This document shows positions 53,509 to 54,871 of a stretch of 54,871 nucleotides of DNA, one piece after another (the stretch's first letter is position 1; the number at the start of each line of letters is the position of its first letter). Under the pieces are notes generated by a model. That model had not been told where the DNA came from, did not search any database, and was given only the letters and a program-made list of their open reading frames with translations. Source of the stretch: Gemmatimonadota bacterium (lineage in GTDB: Bacteria; Gemmatimonadota; Gemmatimonadetes; Gemmatimonadales; JACORV01); NCBI GenBank assembly GCA_041484135.1, contig JBGPHD010000002.1, positions 1 to 54,871 on the forward strand, in the 5' to 3' direction. A program made the translations under genes and the position numbers.

Positions 53509-54585
53509 TTGACAGACGCGGTCCGCACCCGGTTATCTAGCCGCAGACACCATCGAGGGGTCCCGCTGGACAAGCGCACGACATCCCGGAAGGCCAAGCG
53601 GACCGGCACCCGGCGCCAGGCGGATACGGACCTCACCCGCACACTGTCGCTGCTCCGGGCCACCCTCGACTCCACCGCCGACGGGATCCTGGTGGTGGAC
53701 CAGGATGGCCGCATCGAGATCTTCAACCGGAAGTTCGCCGAGATGTGGGGGATCCCCGAGGCGGTCCTCGCCACCCACGACGACAAGCAGGCGCTCGACT
53801 TCGTGCTCAAGCAGCTCGCCGACCCGCACCAGTTCCTCACCAAGGTCCGGGAGCTCTACAGCCAGCCCGAGGCCGCGAGTTTCGACGTGTTGCACTTCGC
53901 GGACGGCCGCATCTTCGAGCGGTACTCGCAACCGCAGCGGGTCGAGGGGAAGACGGTGGGGCGGGTCTGGAGCTTCCGGGACGTCACGGCGCGCGCCAAG
54001 GCTGAAGCGGCGCTGCTGCGCGAGCACGCGTTCGTGCGGCTGCTGCAGGCGGTGGCCGTCGCGGCGAACGAGGCCCGCACCGTCGAGGACGCGTTCCTCA
54101 ACTGTCTCGACCGCGTGTGCCAGCACACCGGGTGGCCGGTCGGCCACGTGTATCTCGCCGGCGAGGACCTCACCGGCGACCTCGTCCCCACCAAGCTCTG
54201 GCACATGGACGACCCGGTGCGATTCGAGGTCTTCCGCCGCGTGAGCGAGACGACCCGACTGACCTCGGGATCGGGGTTGCCCGGCCGGGTGCTCGCCACC
54301 CACAAGCCGGTCTGGATCGCGGACCTCCGGAGCGACCCCGGGTTCTCGCAGACCCGCATGTCGCGCGAGATCGGCCTCCGGGCGGGCTTCGCCTTCCCGG
54401 TGATGGTGGGGACCGAGGTCGCGGCGGTGCTGGAGTTCTTCGCCCCCGCGCCGGCGCCGCCGGACGAAGACCTGATGGAGGTCTCGGTCCACGTGGGGAC
54501 GCAGCTCGGCCGGGTCATCGAGCGCAAGCGGGCGAGCGGGCGGACCTCGGGTCCGCGTTCCGCGCCGGATCCCTCGCGCGCCTAA
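53509..54585 (+). CDS. PAS + GAF sensor-domain protein without recognisable output domain
   Basis: PAS: LLRATLDSTADGILVVDQDGRIEIFNRKFAEMWGIP...GRVWSFRDVT. GAF: ...GWPVGHVYLAG...GLPGRVLATHKPVWIADL...AGFAFPVMVGTEVAAVLEFF. TTG 53509 is the only canonical in-frame start that keeps the PAS N-cap. The first about 15 codons have poor GC3, so the start is uncertain. Confidence 0.7.
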   Translation: MTDAVRTRLSSRRHHRGVPLDKRTTSRKAKRTGTRRQADTDLTRTLSLLRATLDSTADGILVVDQDGRIEIFNRKFAEMWGIPEAVLATHDDKQALDFVLKQLADPHQFLTKVRELYSQPEAASFDVLHFADGRIFERYSQPQRVEGKTVGRVWSFRDVTARAKAEAALLREHAFVRLLQAVAVAANEARTVEDAFLNCLDRVCQHTGWPVGHVYLAGEDLTGDLVPTKLWHMDDPVRFEVFRRVSETTRLTSGSGLPGRVLATHKPVWIADLRSDPGFSQTRMSREIGLRAGFAFPVMVGTEVAAVLEFFAPAPAPPDEDLMEVSVHVGTQLGRVIERKRASGRTSGPRSAPDPSRA

Positions 54586-54610
54586 CGTACAGGCTGGCCT
54601 CCCCCGTCCC

Positions 54611-54871
54611 TCAGCGCGCGACGCGCCGGGTCCCGTCCCCCTGATAGACGTACCGCAGGCTCATGCACCCTCCCTCGGCCCCGCCACAGTAGTAGCTCAC
54701 GATCGTGACCTTGGCGTAGCGACCGTCGGCGGTGCGTACCGCGTACACGTCGCCCTTGGGCGTGAGCAGATGCGAGGTCCAGCTGTAGCGGTACCACTTC
54801 CCCACCGCGGTGTTGATGCTGTCCGCGCGATCGGCGACGTACCCGGTATCGGGGAGACTCGTCACCGAGTC
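54611..54871 (-). CDS. C-terminal fragment of a hypothetical protein (gene continues beyond the window)
   Basis: The frame is open to the window edge. The end of the protein reads ...WYRYSWTSHLLTPKGDVYAVRTADGRYAKVTIVSYYCGGAEGGCMSLRYVYQGDGTRRVAR, which looks like a beta-sandwich. No family is assigned. Confidence 0.45.
   Translation of the reverse strand, partial: DSVTSLPDTGYVADRADSINTAVGKWYRYSWTSHLLTPKGDVYAVRTADGRYAKVTIVSYYCGGAEGGCMSLRYVYQGDGTRRVAR

Noticed and set aside
1-54871. Mobile elements, prophage, genomic-island boundaries, tRNA/rRNA genes, CRISPR-Cas or recognisable defence/toxin-antitoxin systems
   Set aside because: I found no integrase, transposase, recombinase, phage structural, Cas, restriction or toxin-like sequences in any frame. 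There are no tRNA-like cloverleaf segments or direct-repeat boundaries. Apart from the 17.8-18.4-kb non-coding region, composition looks uniform.
1-54871. GTTAGG/CCTAAC as an over-represented genomic word (uptake-signal or Chi-like)
   Set aside because: The 16 copies roughly match what simple base composition predicts for about 55 kb on two strands. Spacing is irregular and orientation mostly just follows gene orientation. Only the codon-context anomaly (TTA nearly always within G-TTA-GG) is retained as a finding.

Overview
54.9-kb, very GC-rich window (about 70% by eye; third codon positions are almost all G/C). It is densely coding and looks like a chromosomal segment of a diderm bacterium. 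Gene content is reminiscent of Gemmatimonadota or Acidobacteriota, but the lineage cannot be proven from this window. I support about 45 CDS. Many long ORFs in the track are off-frame or antisense shadows typical of high-GC DNA, and several true genes needed 5' trimming to a signal peptide or a coupled start.

I saw no rRNA, tRNA, CRISPR array, transposase, integrase or prophage genes.

Gene content from left to right:
- tetR-tolC-adaptor efflux operon
- SDR and YceI genes
- orphan pseudopilin
- lemA/M48-peptidase operon carrying two tandem TPR paralogues and a PlsB-like acyltransferase
- about 0.5-kb non-coding, highly structured region (candidate large ncRNA, minus strand)
- M28/PA peptidase
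- UvrD-like helicase
- LivJ-type binding protein translationally coupled to an MCP
- cupredoxin, infA, TonB-dependent receptor
- long envelope operon (TonB-like, M28 peptidase, Slt, TolB-like propeller, LepB)
- rpiA, and a PAS-GAF protein

The main finding is a roughly 15-kb, seven-gene, tightly coupled minus-strand operon (27775..42637). It encodes a TPR/CsgG-like lipoprotein, an outer-membrane beta-barrel and two cohesin-bearing lipoproteins, one with four tandem Ig-like repeats. It also encodes three large secreted proteins that each start with the same cassette (cohesin-like module, then a Cys-flanked dockerin-like double Ca-binding repeat), fused to a parallel beta-helix or a beta-propeller body. 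I recognise no glycoside hydrolase. I read this as a candidate non-cellulosomal, self-assembling cohesin-dockerin surface system with its own export or anchoring module.

A second unusual signal is codon context. 12 of the 13 in-frame TTA codons I found sit in the hexamer G-TTA-GG (Leu-Gly).
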